Source of the DNA: an uncultured Gammaproteobacteria bacterium | GTDB lineage: Bacteria > Patescibacteriota > Patescibacteriia > GWA2-47-26 | NCBI GenBank assembly: GCA_964532925.1 | Contig: CAZHIP010000003.1 | Span: 644-64,643 of the forward strand | Direction: 5' to 3' | DNA: 64,000 nt | Notes under the pieces: model-generated | Database searches by the model: none | Seen by the model: only the letters and a program-made list of their open reading frames with translations | What the model was told of the DNA's origin: nothing | Part shown: positions 36,272-46,921 of the stretch, one piece after another | Layout: each line of letters starts with the position of its first letter | How positions within the stretch are numbered: the first letter of the stretch is position 1 | Made by a program: the position numbers and the translations under genes

Positions 36272-38284
36272 TTATCGACCAACCAAGAAACCAACAATCA
36301 AGAGTGCGACAATGTTGATGACTTTGATCATTGGGTTAATAGCAGGGCCGGCGGTGTCTTTGTACGGGTCGCCAACAGTGTCGCCAGTGACTGCAGCTTT
36401 GTGTGCGTCAGAGCCTTTGCCGCCATGGTGACCAGCTTCAATATACTTTTTGGCGTTATCCCACGCAGCGCCTCCGGTGGTCATCGAGATACCGACAAAC
36501 AAACCAGTGAGAATACAACCAACGAGTAAACCTGCGAGTGCTTCTGGGCCAAGAATAAAGCCCACCAAGATTGGAGCAACAATAGGGAGGAGTGCGGGGA
36601 GAATCATTTTCTTAATAGCAGCTTTGGTGACGATATCAACGGCGCGAGCGTAGTCTGGTTTTCCAGTACCGTCCATAATGCCCTTGATTTCGCGGAACTG
36701 ACGGCGAACTTCTTCGACCACATATCCTGCAGCTTCACCCACAGCTTCCATGGCCATAGCCGCGAACAAGTATGGGAGAAGACCACCAATCATAAGTCCA
36801 ACAAGCACTTTATGGTCGGATAGAGATACGATTAAATTTTCACCACGATTAATAAATTCCTGGGTATACGCAGCAAAGAGAACCATGGCAGCAAGACCAG
36901 CGGATGCAATAGCATATGCCTTGGTTACTGCTTTGGTGGTGTTTCCTACTGCATCGAGTGGGTCGGTAATGGCGCGGACGGAGTCTGGAAGACCGGCCAT
37001 TTCTGCGATACCGCCGGCATTGTCGGTGATTGGGCCATAGGCATCAATCGTGACGATAATACCAGCGAGAGACAACATCGACATTGCCGCAATGGCAACA
37101 CCATAGAGACCTGACAACTGATACGAGACCAAGATACTACCTGCAATGGCGGCAATCGGAAGACCTGTTGAGCGGAGTGAGATAGCGAGGCCTTGGATAA
37201 TGTTCGTGCCGTGTCCGGTTGTTGAAGCGCGGGCAATGGCTTTGACTGGCCCCCAGTTGGTGCCGGTGTAGTACTCGGTAATAATTACCATGAGTAATGT
37301 GAGGACAATACCAACGAGTGAAGTACCAAACAAGCGAAGTGGCGAGGTGACAGTACCCGTAAAGCTTGCGGTAAAAGCACGAGTAACAAAGAAGAATGCT
37401 ACGGCGCAGAGCACGCTTGCAGTGATCAAGCCTTTGTACAAAGCACCCATAATGTTTTGGGTCTTACCCAGGCGAATCGCAAACAAGCTGATAATCGAGA
37501 TAACAATTGAAACCGCACCCAAGACGAGTGGGTATAAGATAGCAGCTGTAGATCCAGGGAAGACGAGTGAACCGAGGAGCATGGCGGCAACGGCAGTAAC
37601 GGCGTACGTTTCGAACACGTCAGCAGCCATACCTGCGCAGTCGCCAGCATTGTCCCCTACTTGGTCAGCAATAACGGCAGGGTTACGCGGATCATCTTCG
37701 GGAATTCCTGCTTCTACTTTACCAACGAGGTCAGCACCAACGTCTGCAGCTTTGGTAAAAATACCACCACCAAGACGGGCGAAAATCGACACGAGCGATC
37801 CACCGAACCCTAACCCAATAAGTGAAGTGAGGTCGCGAGTGATCCAGTAATAGACCGTAACGCCCAGAAGACCAAGACCAGCCACCAAAAGACCAGTAAC
37901 AGCTCCGCCGCGGACAGCGACTTTGAGCGCTTGGGCCAAGCCTGACTTCGCAGCTTCAGTGGTGCGAACGTTTGCTTTCACTGCAATGTTCATACCAATA
38001 AAACCAGCGATAGAAGAAAGAATTGCGCCGAAGGCAAATCCGCCAGCCATTTTCCAGCCAAGAACAAAACCGATGAGCAAAAATAAGATAGTTCCAATAA
38101 AAGCAATGGTGCGATATTGTCGGCTCATGTACGCACGAGCACCTTCTTCGATGGCCATGGCAATACCAACCATCTTTCCTTCACCTTTTGGCATTTTTAA
38201 AATTGAGCGAACAAGAACAATGCCTGCGATAATTGCTAAAAGCGCACTTCCGGTAATAAGGAACAGTGTCGAATTGTCTTGCAT
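36272..38284 (-). CDS. hppA: Membrane-bound proton- or sodium-translocating pyrophosphatase
   Basis: 670 aa, about 16 TM; motifs [56 protein letters not shown]. Confidence 0.9.
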   Translation of the reverse strand: MQDNSTLFLITGSALLAIIAGIVLVRSILKMPKGEGKMVGIAMAIEEGARAYMSRQYRTIAFIGTILFLLIGFVLGWKMAGGFAFGAILSSIAGFIGMNIAVKANVRTTEAAKSGLAQALKVAVRGGAVTGLLVAGLGLLGVTVYYWITRDLTSLIGLGFGGSLVSIFARLGGGIFTKAADVGADLVGKVEAGIPEDDPRNPAVIADQVGDNAGDCAGMAADVFETYAVTAVAAMLLGSLVFPGSTAAILYPLVLGAVSIVISIISLFAIRLGKTQNIMGALYKGLITASVLCAVAFFFVTRAFTASFTGTVTSPLRLFGTSLVGIVLTLLMVIITEYYTGTNWGPVKAIARASTTGHGTNIIQGLAISLRSTGLPIAAIAGSILVSYQLSGLYGVAIAAMSMLSLAGIIVTIDAYGPITDNAGGIAEMAGLPDSVRAITDPLDAVGNTTKAVTKAYAIASAGLAAMVLFAAYTQEFINRGENLIVSLSDHKVLVGLMIGGLLPYLFAAMAMEAVGEAAGYVVEEVRRQFREIKGIMDGTGKPDYARAVDIVTKAAIKKMILPALLPIVAPILVGFILGPEALAGLLVGCILTGLFVGISMTTGGAAWDNAKKYIEAGHHGGKGSDAHKAAVTGDTVGDPYKDTAGPAINPMIKVINIVALLIVGFLVGR

Positions 38285-38408
38285 ACAAACTACTGGATAA
38301 AAGGGTTAAAAAGAGTGTATTTGGGTACAAGGAGGGCTTCGTAAAAACACATTCCTTGTGGGCCAATTACGTTTATGACGGCCAAATTGTAGCATGGTAG
38401 AGGGTTAA

Positions 38409-39767
38409 TTGACAAGATTACCCCCCAAATGGCATCATGAAGACTACATGAAGGTCCGGCTATTGCATCTACTGGTGCGCGCCGCACTATCCGTCGAACG
38501 GCTTTTTGCCTTTACTGGCGGCCTTTTAGGACGGCGCACCCGACAATTAGGCACATGGTTAGGCACGAGCCTCGGTTCCATCTTACCGAGCGTTTTTTTG
38601 TTACTATATCGCGTGGGAAAACGAGCCACCCGCTTGCTTTCAGGGGTGCTTGATCCAGCGGAAAAGCGTTTTTTTGCTATCACAGCACATCGCTACACGA
38701 TTCACGCTATTGCTATCCTTATTGTGTTGTTTACCGCCTGGTCGTCTTTGGTTTCGGCGACAGAACAAGATGTGTTCGCCCCCAATGATACGCCGCTTGT
38801 GGCAATCACCGGCAATGAAGATGAGGCGTATATTGATAGCGGATTTGGAGAACAGTTGTCTGAAGGCACTCCTCAACCATTCGAGCTCGACGTACCACAA
38901 AGTGTTATCGAGGAGGATTTATTTTTGGCGCTTGATGGCGCCGCGGTATGGGCAACACCCTCTGCACCACAAGGTGGTGTCACGCGCACTGGCATCGAAG
39001 AGTATATTGTTCGTGAAGGTGATACGGTTTCGAATATCGCCGAGCGTTTTGGGGTGAGCCCGGGAACAATTTTGTGGGAGAACAAGCTGGGTCCATATGA
39101 TCTTATTCGTGCGGGGCGCAAACTCGTTGTGCTTCCAGTATCAGGGGTGAGTTACAAGGTGGGTAAAGGTGAAACACTCGAACAGATTGCGAAAAAGTTT
39201 AATGTTGAAGCAGAACGCATTGCGGAATATAACGAGGCTGCAGCTCTTGGTAAAAAATTGGCGATCGGCGCAAACCTGGTTATTCCGGGCGGTCGACCAT
39301 ATGTCGCTCCACGACCAGCGGTTCCAGCATCTGCCCCGACACGTCTGACTACGCGTCTCAGCACACCAAAATCAATCTCTGCGTTACCCCCTGCTCCCGA
39401 GGCGGGCACACGACTCTTGTGGCCAACGGTATCACACCACATCAACCAATACTTTAGTCTTCGCCATACAGGTCTTGATATAAAAGGTGATCTTTCGTCT
39501 CCGCTCTATGCTGCGGATGATGGTGTAGCGGTGACAGTTGAATATAAGAAAACAGGATATGGTTTGTCGGTGGTGCTTGATCATGGCAATGGTATTCGTA
39601 CGCGATATGGCCATGCGAGCCAGATTTTCGTTACCCAAGGCGAGACCGTAAAACGAGGCCAGATTATTGCCATGATGGGTTCAACAGGGCGTTCAACAGG
39701 CCCACACCTTCACTTTGAAGTTCTTGTCGCCGGCCGCCGCGTGAACCCATTCGGGTATACGCGATAA
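38409..39767 (+). CDS. M23-family metallopeptidase with two LysM domains and N-terminal membrane anchor
   Basis: LysM: YIVREGDTVSNIAERFGVSPGTI and YKVGKGETLEQIAKKFNVEAERIAEYN; M23 catalytic HxxxD ... GLDIKGD, GYGLSVVLDHGNGIRTRYGHASQI, GSTGRSTGPHLHFEV. Confidence 0.8.
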   Translation: MTRLPPKWHHEDYMKVRLLHLLVRAALSVERLFAFTGGLLGRRTRQLGTWLGTSLGSILPSVFLLLYRVGKRATRLLSGVLDPAEKRFFAITAHRYTIHAIAILIVLFTAWSSLVSATEQDVFAPNDTPLVAITGNEDEAYIDSGFGEQLSEGTPQPFELDVPQSVIEEDLFLALDGAAVWATPSAPQGGVTRTGIEEYIVREGDTVSNIAERFGVSPGTILWENKLGPYDLIRAGRKLVVLPVSGVSYKVGKGETLEQIAKKFNVEAERIAEYNEAAALGKKLAIGANLVIPGGRPYVAPRPAVPASAPTRLTTRLSTPKSISALPPAPEAGTRLLWPTVSHHINQYFSLRHTGLDIKGDLSSPLYAADDGVAVTVEYKKTGYGLSVVLDHGNGIRTRYGHASQIFVTQGETVKRGQIIAMMGSTGRSTGPHLHFEVLVAGRRVNPFGYTR

Positions 39768-39793
39768 GGTTGACAATTTACTAAGGTAACGCT

Positions 39794-40309
39794 ATGCTCA
39801 AGCGTCACTTACTGACGCCTGCGGCAGGCCATGCCGAGCACTTTACATGGGAGCTAAACGTGATTGACTCGCAGAAGAAGGAAAGTTTACTGAAACATGT
39901 TCGCGAGCTCGAGAAAAAGTGGGAATTCTTGAAGTCGCAGAGCGCACTCGATGTTTCCAGGAAAGAATCCGAATTATGGGATGCGCGGATGGCGATTGGC
40001 CATGAATTGGCCACGAGCTATATTGCCATAGGCCCGCTGCAGTTGAGGTCTCACTTCCAGCAGGTGATTGGAATCTGTGAAGATATTCCGATTCGAGTAC
40101 GAGGAATCGTGATTCAGGTCGCATCCCGGTCTAAGGTCATGGTGACTCGACAGATCAGGGAGGGAGACGACTTCACGGTAATTATTCCGCATCACAATGG
40201 GTGCATGGAGCTTTTGTACATCGACCACAAGGAGCATAATCGCCTCCTGCTCGTTACCGCCTACACCGCCAATGAGGCAAAAGCATTTTTTGACTCCTAT
40301 CAGAGATAG
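39794..40309 (+). CDS. Hypothetical protein (171 aa)
   Basis: ORF with ATG preceded by purine-rich spacer; no recognisable motif. Confidence 0.4.
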   Translation: MLKRHLLTPAAGHAEHFTWELNVIDSQKKESLLKHVRELEKKWEFLKSQSALDVSRKESELWDARMAIGHELATSYIAIGPLQLRSHFQQVIGICEDIPIRVRGIVIQVASRSKVMVTRQIREGDDFTVIIPHHNGCMELLYIDHKEHNRLLLVTAYTANEAKAFFDSYQR

Positions 40310-40392
40310 TACAGCGCATCTGCGCAACAAAGAGCCACCTCTTCGCTGCCCTCCAGGTGCGCTCTTTGTTTTTTGTGGGTGTCGAGTGTTTC

Positions 40393-40415
40393 CTCCTCTT
40401 AAGGTAAGAGGAGGT
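40393..40415. repeat. 23-nt palindrome cctcctctta-agg-taagaggagg (copy A flanking DUF559 gene)
   Basis: 10-bp perfect stem, 3-nt loop, immediately after DUF559 stop. Confidence 0.55.
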
Positions 40416-40792
40416 TAGGAGGAGTTACTTTGTAATTTGGTTGCAATTTCCCCTAGTGTGCACCATACGCCACCTCTGTTTGCGAGGACTTCATTATTCC
40501 AAAATCTCAAGACATGGATACCTTGGGCTACAAGGAAGGTGGTACGGATAAGATCGTATTCCTGGTGATCTTTTTTATTATGCTGTCCTCCATCGAGCTC
40601 AATTACCAGCTTTAATTCTGGGCAATAAAAATCAAGAATATATGGGCCATTTCCATATTGCCGAAAAAATTTAAATCCTTGAAGCTGTCGACTGCGTATC
40701 ATGTTCCAGAAAACAGTTTCCGCGTCTGTTTGATGTCGCCGCAGATCCCTTCTTCTAGGTTTGAATTTCGGGTTATTGATGTTGAATGTCAT
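40415..40792 (-). CDS. DUF559 (Vsr-like endonuclease fold) domain protein
   Basis: 125 aa; ETVFWNMIRSRQLQGFKFFRQYGNGPYILDFYCPELKLVIELDGGQHNKKDHQEYDLIRTTFLVAQGIHVLRFWNNEVL is the canonical DUF559 pattern. Confidence 0.75.
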   Translation of the reverse strand: MTFNINNPKFKPRRRDLRRHQTDAETVFWNMIRSRQLQGFKFFRQYGNGPYILDFYCPELKLVIELDGGQHNKKDHQEYDLIRTTFLVAQGIHVLRFWNNEVLANRGGVWCTLGEIATKLQSNSS

Positions 40793-40802
40793 AACTCACC
40801 CT

Positions 40803-40825
40803 AACCCTCTCTTAGCTTAAGAGAG
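40803..40825. repeat. 23-nt palindrome ccctctctta-gct-taagagaggg (copy B flanking DUF559 gene)
   Basis: 10-bp perfect stem, 3-nt loop, between DUF559 start and comM stop; stem sequence related to copy A (cc[ct]c[ct]tctta). Confidence 0.55.
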
Positions 40826-40836
40826 GGAAAAACTCA

Positions 40837-42369
40837 TTACATCAGATCCAGTTTTGGTCTATATTGTAGGGCCTCCGCAATGTGGGGTGCGGTGATGATG
40901 TCGGTGTTTTCCATGTCGGCAATCGTGCGGGCGAGTTTGAGTGTTCGGTGGTACGCGCGAGCAGACAAATGCATTTGATTTACGGCGTTTTTGATGAGTC
41001 GTTCTGCTGTCTCGTCTATTGCGCAAAACTTTTTTATTTCATGGACGCCAAGTTCTGCATTACTTTTTCCTTTACCACTTTTCTTTGTCCGTTCGTACTG
41101 TCGCTCTCGCGCTGCAATTACCCGCTCGCGCACTTGAGCCGATTGTTCTGCTACAACGGTGGTGGTCAGTGTCTCGTAATCAAGTCGTGGCACTTCGATA
41201 ACCAGATCAAAACGATCTAAGAGTGGGCCGGAGAGTTTTTTGCTATAGCGCTGGACCTGAAACGACGAACAACTACAGCGATGTTTGGGGTCGCCAAAAT
41301 AGCCGCATGGGCACGGGTTCCGCGCAGCGACCAAAATAAAGTTGGCAGGAAAGTGTAGTGTCCCTTGTACGCGCGAAATCGTGATCATGCGGCTCTCGAG
41401 CGGCTCACGTAAACTCTCCAAGACATCACAGTGGAACTCAACAATCTCATCAAGAAATAAGGTGCCGTGGTGCGCTAAGGAAATTTCTCCTGGCCGCGGG
41501 TTTGATCCACCTCCAACAATCGCGGCGGACGATGCACTGTGGTGGGGTGCACGAAACGGATGCTCGGTCATGAGCGATTCTTTTGGAGGTAAGAGCCCGG
41601 CAACAGAATAAATCTTGGTTACCTCGAGCACCTCGTCAAAGTTCATTGGGGGTAAAATGCCCGGAAGCGCTTTGGCAAGCAATGTTTTACCAGAACCCGG
41701 CGGGCCTTGGAACAAAATGTTGTGTTTTCCTGCTGCGGCTACTTCAAGTGCGCGCTTGGCATGCTCTTGTCCTGCGACAAAACCTAATTCAATGGCTGGC
41801 ACATCCCGTGGTTGCCATTTGGTTTCTATTTGGGGTGATAGAGTCTGCATATTCTGAAGATGCAAAACCGCCGCGCGCAAATTTTTAGCAGGAGTAATAG
41901 TAATACCAGAAATAAGAGCTGCTTCAACGGCGTTGTCTTCTGGCAGAATAATTTCGGTAATGCCTGCAGCCTTTAAGGCAAGTGTCATGGGCAGCACGCC
42001 GTTTACTCCACGAATAGAGCCGTCCAAGGCGAGCTCTCCAATAAAGGCAATAGTATTGAGAGGTTTTGTTTTTTGGGTAATAGAGATTATTTCGGCGGCA
42101 AAAAGAACCGCTATGGCAACCGGCAGATCGTACAGTGTCCCCTCTTTTTTTAAATCAGCCGGCGCAAGGTTTACGACGATTTTTGTGTGCGGAAAATCAA
42201 AGCCGCTATTTTTGACAGCGGCGCGTACTCGTTCGCGCGCTTCTTGTACAGCGGTATCAGGAAGCCCAACAATAGTAAAAGCTGGTAGTCCATTGGCTAC
42301 ATCAGCTTCAACATATACAGGTGCGGCCTCCAAGCCGACGAGTGCGGCAGATAAAACACGAGATGGCAT
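40837..42369 (-). CDS. comM: YifB/ComM-family Mg-chelatase-like AAA+ ATPase
   Basis: N-terminal Lon-like domain MPSRVLSAALVGLEAAPVYVEADVANGLPAFTIVGLPD, Walker A LFQGPPGSGKTLLA, sensor motifs, C-terminal ChlI-like domain; 510 aa. Confidence 0.9.
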   Translation of the reverse strand: MPSRVLSAALVGLEAAPVYVEADVANGLPAFTIVGLPDTAVQEARERVRAAVKNSGFDFPHTKIVVNLAPADLKKEGTLYDLPVAIAVLFAAEIISITQKTKPLNTIAFIGELALDGSIRGVNGVLPMTLALKAAGITEIILPEDNAVEAALISGITITPAKNLRAAVLHLQNMQTLSPQIETKWQPRDVPAIELGFVAGQEHAKRALEVAAAGKHNILFQGPPGSGKTLLAKALPGILPPMNFDEVLEVTKIYSVAGLLPPKESLMTEHPFRAPHHSASSAAIVGGGSNPRPGEISLAHHGTLFLDEIVEFHCDVLESLREPLESRMITISRVQGTLHFPANFILVAARNPCPCGYFGDPKHRCSCSSFQVQRYSKKLSGPLLDRFDLVIEVPRLDYETLTTTVVAEQSAQVRERVIAARERQYERTKKSGKGKSNAELGVHEIKKFCAIDETAERLIKNAVNQMHLSARAYHRTLKLARTIADMENTDIITAPHIAEALQYRPKLDLM

Positions 42370-42417
42370 ACTTCCTCCTAAGTATGAGATGACTACAGTA
42401 TACCCTACTTTATATGT

Positions 42418-42873
42418 TTATGCTCGAGGGTGTCGAGTTAGGCTTACTAATAAGAGCACTGATCCGGCAATAATAAAAATATCAGCAAGGTTAAACCATG
42501 ATATCCAGATATGGAATGTGTCGAGTACGCCGCCAAAATGTAGGCGGTCGTATGTATTGCTTGTGGCTCCACCCACAATAAGCGCCGCAGGAATGGCGGT
42601 TGCAAACGTTCGATACACCTTGAGCTTGAAGCACACGAGCAAGAGACCGATAGATGCCAATGTAAGCAAGATTGCAATAAGGCCAGGCGGTGCAGCGATG
42701 CTAAAACTAAGACCACGATTTATGGAAATTGAATTTGGTGCAAAAGACTGATACAGCAGTTTGATAAGCCGGTCGAGAATAAAAAAACCAAGAGCAAAAA
42801 TAAATAAAAACAACGGCCCAGAAGAGGTGCCGTTGTTCTTTATGTCGATCAATTTCGTGAAATTAAATTTCAT
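42418..42873 (-). CDS. lspA: Lipoprotein signal peptidase (signal peptidase II)
   Basis: Four TM helices and conserved GGATSNTYDRL and FNLAD motifs; start placed at MKFNF (Met 34 of listed ORF) giving a typical 152-aa LspA. Confidence 0.75.
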   Translation of the reverse strand: MKFNFTKLIDIKNNGTSSGPLFLFIFALGFFILDRLIKLLYQSFAPNSISINRGLSFSIAAPPGLIAILLTLASIGLLLVCFKLKVYRTFATAIPAALIVGGATSNTYDRLHFGGVLDTFHIWISWFNLADIFIIAGSVLLLVSLTRHPRA

Positions 42874-43237
42874 TGAGCATCTTTTTTTTGCACTCGATGC
42901 AAGAACTCGAGGTTGGTCGTGCTTGGAGGCGGCGCTCATCAATTGGCTTTTTGCAGTATTTGCAAACGCCATACGTGCCGTCCTGGATTGACTTCAAGGC
43001 GCTGTTTACATCACGGAGAGCTGTTTCGAGGGTATGTTCAAGAGTGAGATTGTCGCTATAGGTTGCTACTTCCGATGCGCTATCTTCTTCTTTATCGCCG
43101 TATTCAGGAAAGTTTGTAGCAAACCCTTCTTTTGATCCTTTGTCGCGTGTAGCAAAACTACCAAGCTCGGACTCGAGTTTGGTCTTTTGGGCCAAGAGAC
43201 CCTCTTCTACTTCTTTCAAAAACGTCTTTGTGGGCAT
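42863..43237 (-). CDS. DksA/TraR-family C4-type zinc-finger protein
   Basis: Coiled-coil N-terminus and C-terminal CKYCKKPIDERRLQARPTSSSCIEC four-Cys finger. Confidence 0.7.
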   Translation of the reverse strand: MPTKTFLKEVEEGLLAQKTKLESELGSFATRDKGSKEGFATNFPEYGDKEEDSASEVATYSDNLTLEHTLETALRDVNSALKSIQDGTYGVCKYCKKPIDERRLQARPTSSSCIECKKKMLNEI

Positions 43238-43407
43238 ACCAGAAATCAGGAGTTATGTTGACTACTACTATAGGGTGTCAAAGGCCTTTTTGTCAATGTA
43301 AAGATCGGAACAGGAGAAACAAATCACTGCAAACAGTGGATCTTGGGGAAAACCGGGCATGTGTCTCAAAACCTCTATTTTCTGCTAAAAATAGAGCAGA
43401 GACGAGG

Positions 43408-43455
43408 CTTGTTAGAAAAGAAAATGTGGATAACTTTGCCAGTTATCCACATTTT
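43408..43455 (-). terminator. pnp rho-independent terminator (palindrome aaatgtggataact-ttgcc-agttatccacattt, T-rich tail on minus strand)
   Basis: 14-bp perfect inverted repeat 20 nt downstream of pnp stop, followed on the minus strand by ttcttttct. Confidence 0.55.
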
Positions 43456-43474
43456 ATACAGGTATTCGTGTGTG

Positions 43475-45694
43475 CTATCTGCGGAAGGATTTGCCTCCTT
43501 GTGGGCGATCGCCACCACGTCCAGACCTAGACGCCTCCGGATTATACCCTGCTGGTGGCTGCTCGGCATCCTTATCAATGCGTGCCTTACGTGAAAGATT
43601 GATGCGGCCCATCTCATCAATTTTGATGACTTTGACTGGCACCATGTCTCCGATTTTGACGACATCTTCAACTTTGCCGACACGCCAATGTGCGAGTTCG
43701 GAAATATGAATCATGCCGTCTTGGCCAGGAAGAATCTCAACGAAAGCTCCGAAATCCATAATGCGGACCACTTTTCCTTCAAACTCTTCCCCTACTTCTA
43801 CCTCGCGGGTGAGGTTTCGAATCCACTCCTGTGCTTTTGCCATACCGGTAGCGCTGGTTGAAGTGATAAAGACCAGACCATCGTCTTCGATATCAATAGC
43901 CACACCCGTTTGCGCAATAATTTCATTGATGACTTTGCCGCCAGAACCAATAACATCGCGGATTTTTTCTGGATTGATGCGCATGGTGACAATGCGTGGT
44001 GCATATTGCGACAACTCTGGTCGTACCTCGGCAATCGCCTGCTTCATCACATCCAAAATGCGCATGCGAGCTGTCTTTGCGCGTTCAAATGTTTCTTTGA
44101 TGATATCGGCGGTAATACCTTTGGTTTTGGTGTCCATCTGAATCGCAGTGATACCAAGTTCAGAACCAGCGATTTTGAAATCCATACCACCTTCACCATC
44201 TTCAAGATCTTGTAAGTCGGTAATTACGCGCCACTCGCCTGCTTCGTTTGAAGCAAGACCCATGGCAATACCGGCAACTGGTCGCTTGATTGGCACACCG
44301 GCGTCCATGAGTGAAAGTGTTGAACCGCACGTTGAACCCATTGAGGACGAACCATTGGATGAGAGCACTTCGGATACGACGCGAATGGTGTATGGGAAGG
44401 TTTCTTTGTCGGGAAGCATTGGTTCAAGTGCGCGTTCTGCGAGTGCACCGTGGCCAATTTCTCGACGACCTGGACCGCGCATTGGTTTGATTTCACCAAC
44501 GGAATATGGCGCGAAGTTGTAGTGGTGGAAGTAGCGCTTTTGCCCAACAAACTCCATACCTTCAATCGTTTGGACAACGGATGGTGCGCCTAAGGTGACT
44601 GTCGAGAGCACTTGGGTTTCGCCGCGAGAGAAGAGTGCGGAGCCGTGGGTGCGTGGAATCAGGCCAACTTCGGCAGTGAGCATGCGGATGTCGTCGATAC
44701 CGCGACCATCAACGCGCTTGCCTTCCTTGATAATCATTTCGCTGACAAGCTGTTCAATAAAGTCACCGACGAGAAGAGATGCAGCCTTGCGAGCATCTTT
44801 CCCATGTTCGAGTGTTTCCAGGTGAGTGTCGAGCATGGTTGCCAACTCCCCTTTCATGTTGCGGCGTTCAACTTTTGACGCGCGCACATTGCCATAGAGA
44901 AAATCTTTTTGTGTTGCGAGGAATTCTTGTGCAGCGGCAAGAGCTTTTTCGAATTCTTCCGACACTGCTTCGGCAGGCTTTGCGGCAAACCGTTTTGTTT
45001 TACCAATCTTTGCTTGGACTTCGCTAATAAGCGCAATGGGTTTTGCAAGATGCTTTTGTGCAAAGGCAATAGCTTCAATTGCATCTACCTCGGAGACTTC
45101 TTTGGCACCAGCTTCGACCATCACTACTTTGTCGCGCGTGCCGGCAACAATAAGATCGAGGTCAGATTTTGATTGTGCTTCGAAGGTTGGATTGATGATG
45201 AGTTCGCCGCCAACGCGTCCAATGCGGATACCTGCCAATGGGCCTTCCCATGGAATATCGGAAATGGCGAGCGCACATGATGCGGCAAGCATGGCGACAA
45301 TGTCAGATTCGTTTTCTTGATCAACAGACAAAACGGTCGTGACTACTTGGGTGTCATTTGAAAAATAGGATGGAAACAGTGGTCGAATAGAGCGGTCAAT
45401 GAGGCGACCCGTGAGAATAGCTTCGTCTGATGGTCGACCTTCGCGCTTCATAAAGCGTGAAGACTTGATGCGACCAGCGGCATAGAGGCGTTCTTCGAAT
45501 TCCACCATGAGCGGGAAAAAATCAACATCGCGCTTGGTGTCTGCAGCCACGGCGGTGCCGAGTACCACGGTGTCGCCGTAGGACACAACGCAACTTCCAC
45601 TCGCCTGTTGTGCGAGCTTGCCTGTTTCGATAACCAATTTTTTACCTCCCCATTCTGTTTCAAATCGTTCCATATAATTATGAATTGTGATCAT
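43475..45694 (-). CDS. pnp: Polyribonucleotide nucleotidyltransferase (PNPase)
   Basis: 739 aa; two RNase PH domains, KH (GKVINEIIAQTG) and S1 (GKVVRIMDFGAFVEILPGQDGMIHISEL) domains, Arg/Gly-rich tail. Confidence 0.95.
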   Translation of the reverse strand: MITIHNYMERFETEWGGKKLVIETGKLAQQASGSCVVSYGDTVVLGTAVAADTKRDVDFFPLMVEFEERLYAAGRIKSSRFMKREGRPSDEAILTGRLIDRSIRPLFPSYFSNDTQVVTTVLSVDQENESDIVAMLAASCALAISDIPWEGPLAGIRIGRVGGELIINPTFEAQSKSDLDLIVAGTRDKVVMVEAGAKEVSEVDAIEAIAFAQKHLAKPIALISEVQAKIGKTKRFAAKPAEAVSEEFEKALAAAQEFLATQKDFLYGNVRASKVERRNMKGELATMLDTHLETLEHGKDARKAASLLVGDFIEQLVSEMIIKEGKRVDGRGIDDIRMLTAEVGLIPRTHGSALFSRGETQVLSTVTLGAPSVVQTIEGMEFVGQKRYFHHYNFAPYSVGEIKPMRGPGRREIGHGALAERALEPMLPDKETFPYTIRVVSEVLSSNGSSSMGSTCGSTLSLMDAGVPIKRPVAGIAMGLASNEAGEWRVITDLQDLEDGEGGMDFKIAGSELGITAIQMDTKTKGITADIIKETFERAKTARMRILDVMKQAIAEVRPELSQYAPRIVTMRINPEKIRDVIGSGGKVINEIIAQTGVAIDIEDDGLVFITSTSATGMAKAQEWIRNLTREVEVGEEFEGKVVRIMDFGAFVEILPGQDGMIHISELAHWRVGKVEDVVKIGDMVPVKVIKIDEMGRINLSRKARIDKDAEQPPAGYNPEASRSGRGGDRPQGGKSFRR

Positions 45695-46421
45695 TATGTG
45701 TGTCTTCGGGAAATGTTACATCGGAATCTTCGCCATTGTGCAGGATCGTCCAGTGAGTGCTTGGAGTGGTATCAAGAGCGTCATCTTCGGTCTTGTCTTC
45801 GGGTGCTGTGTCGATGGTTTCTTCTGCTGCGTTGGTGCCAATGTCTTTGCGGCGACGACCGGCTGTGCCAGGGCGTTGTGGACGAGCGTCGGAGTGTTCA
45901 GCGCCAGTGCGTTCCATGGGGCCAATGAGGTAACGGCGGCTGTTTTCGGAAAGGTTGGTGTAGCCATCAACGATTTCGAGGAGTTTCGAAGACATGGTCT
46001 CCTTAAAACTCATAACCTCAACCAAGCAACCTTTGGTAACTTTTAAATATTCGAGGAGTGGATGGAAATCGCCGTCGCCAGAAATCAACACAACTGCATC
46101 GACTTTATCTGCAAGTTTGATGGCGTCAATACAAATACCAGTGTCCCAGTCTGCTTTTTTGGCACCACCAATAAAGGTTTGTAAATCTTTTTCTTTTGTC
46201 TCGATCCCGGCCTTGCCGAGCGCATCAAAAAATGGACGCTCTTCGCCAGTTTTGGTGCGGACTACATACGCAATCGCGCGTACGAGTCGGCGGCCACCAA
46301 CGGCATCTTCGACGATGTTTTTGAAGTTAACGCGTGCGTTGAAAAGGTTGCGCGCTGAGTAGTACATGTTTTGCGTGTCAATGAAAACAGCAACACGCTG
46401 ATCGGGGTGTCGAACCATCAT
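45678..46421 (-). CDS. NYN-domain (LabA-like) protein with acidic C-terminal tail
   Basis: RVAVFIDTQNMYYSARNLF, AIAYV, DWDTGICIDAIKLADKVDAVVLISGDGDFHPLLEYLK = NYN/LabA PIN-like fold motifs; start uncertain (Met 26/27 of listed ORF). Confidence 0.65.
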   Translation of the reverse strand: MMVRHPDQRVAVFIDTQNMYYSARNLFNARVNFKNIVEDAVGGRRLVRAIAYVVRTKTGEERPFFDALGKAGIETKEKDLQTFIGGAKKADWDTGICIDAIKLADKVDAVVLISGDGDFHPLLEYLKVTKGCLVEVMSFKETMSSKLLEIVDGYTNLSENSRRYLIGPMERTGAEHSDARPQRPGTAGRRRKDIGTNAAEETIDTAPEDKTEDDALDTTPSTHWTILHNGEDSDVTFPEDTHNDHNS

Positions 46422-46496
46422 AATAAAAAAGTAAGTAGTTAAAAACGACGAACCAGCTTTTTTGAAAAGAAGGCCCCCAAACGAGGGCCTGCTCAC

Positions 46497-46760
46497 TTAT
46501 TTCAAACCGAGTTTTTTGACCAACGCATCGTAACGTTCGGCGCTTTCGTGCTTCAAGTAGCGAAGCAAGCGGCGGCGTTCAGAAACCATGCGGAGGAGTC
46601 CACGGCGGGACGAGTGGTCCTTGCGGTGGGTTGCCAAATGGTCGGACAACTCCTTCATTTCGTGAGACAAAATGGCCACTTGAACCTCCGGAGAACCGGT
46701 ATCGGTTGCGTGGATTTTGAACTTTTCGATAACCTTATCTTTGAGCTTCTTGTCTAACAT
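46497..46760 (-). CDS. rpsO: 30S ribosomal protein S15
   Basis: [70 protein letters not shown]; classic rpsO-pnp arrangement. Confidence 0.9.
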   Translation of the reverse strand: MLDKKLKDKVIEKFKIHATDTGSPEVQVAILSHEMKELSDHLATHRKDHSSRRGLLRMVSERRRLLRYLKHESAERYDALVKKLGLK

Positions 46761-46921
46761 AGGTTTTACTTCGTTTAGAACGGCACAGCCATGGCCAGAC
46801 CGCCTTGTATTCAAATTACATTAAGAATGCCACTCTATCATAAAACGGTAAACTACGCAAGATCGGCGCATGCTGACAATTTGGGTGGATTCACGTAGAA
46901 TACACGTTATACGACGCATAT

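Noticed and set aside
43373-43470. Perfect inverted pair of DnaA boxes (TGTGGATAA ... TTATCCACA) suggesting an origin or DnaA-regulated site
   Set aside because: It forms a 14-bp hairpin followed by a T-rich tail on the minus strand, 20 nt after the pnp stop, so it is most simply the pnp intrinsic terminator. It is 10 kb from dnaA and has no flanking AT-rich unwinding element.
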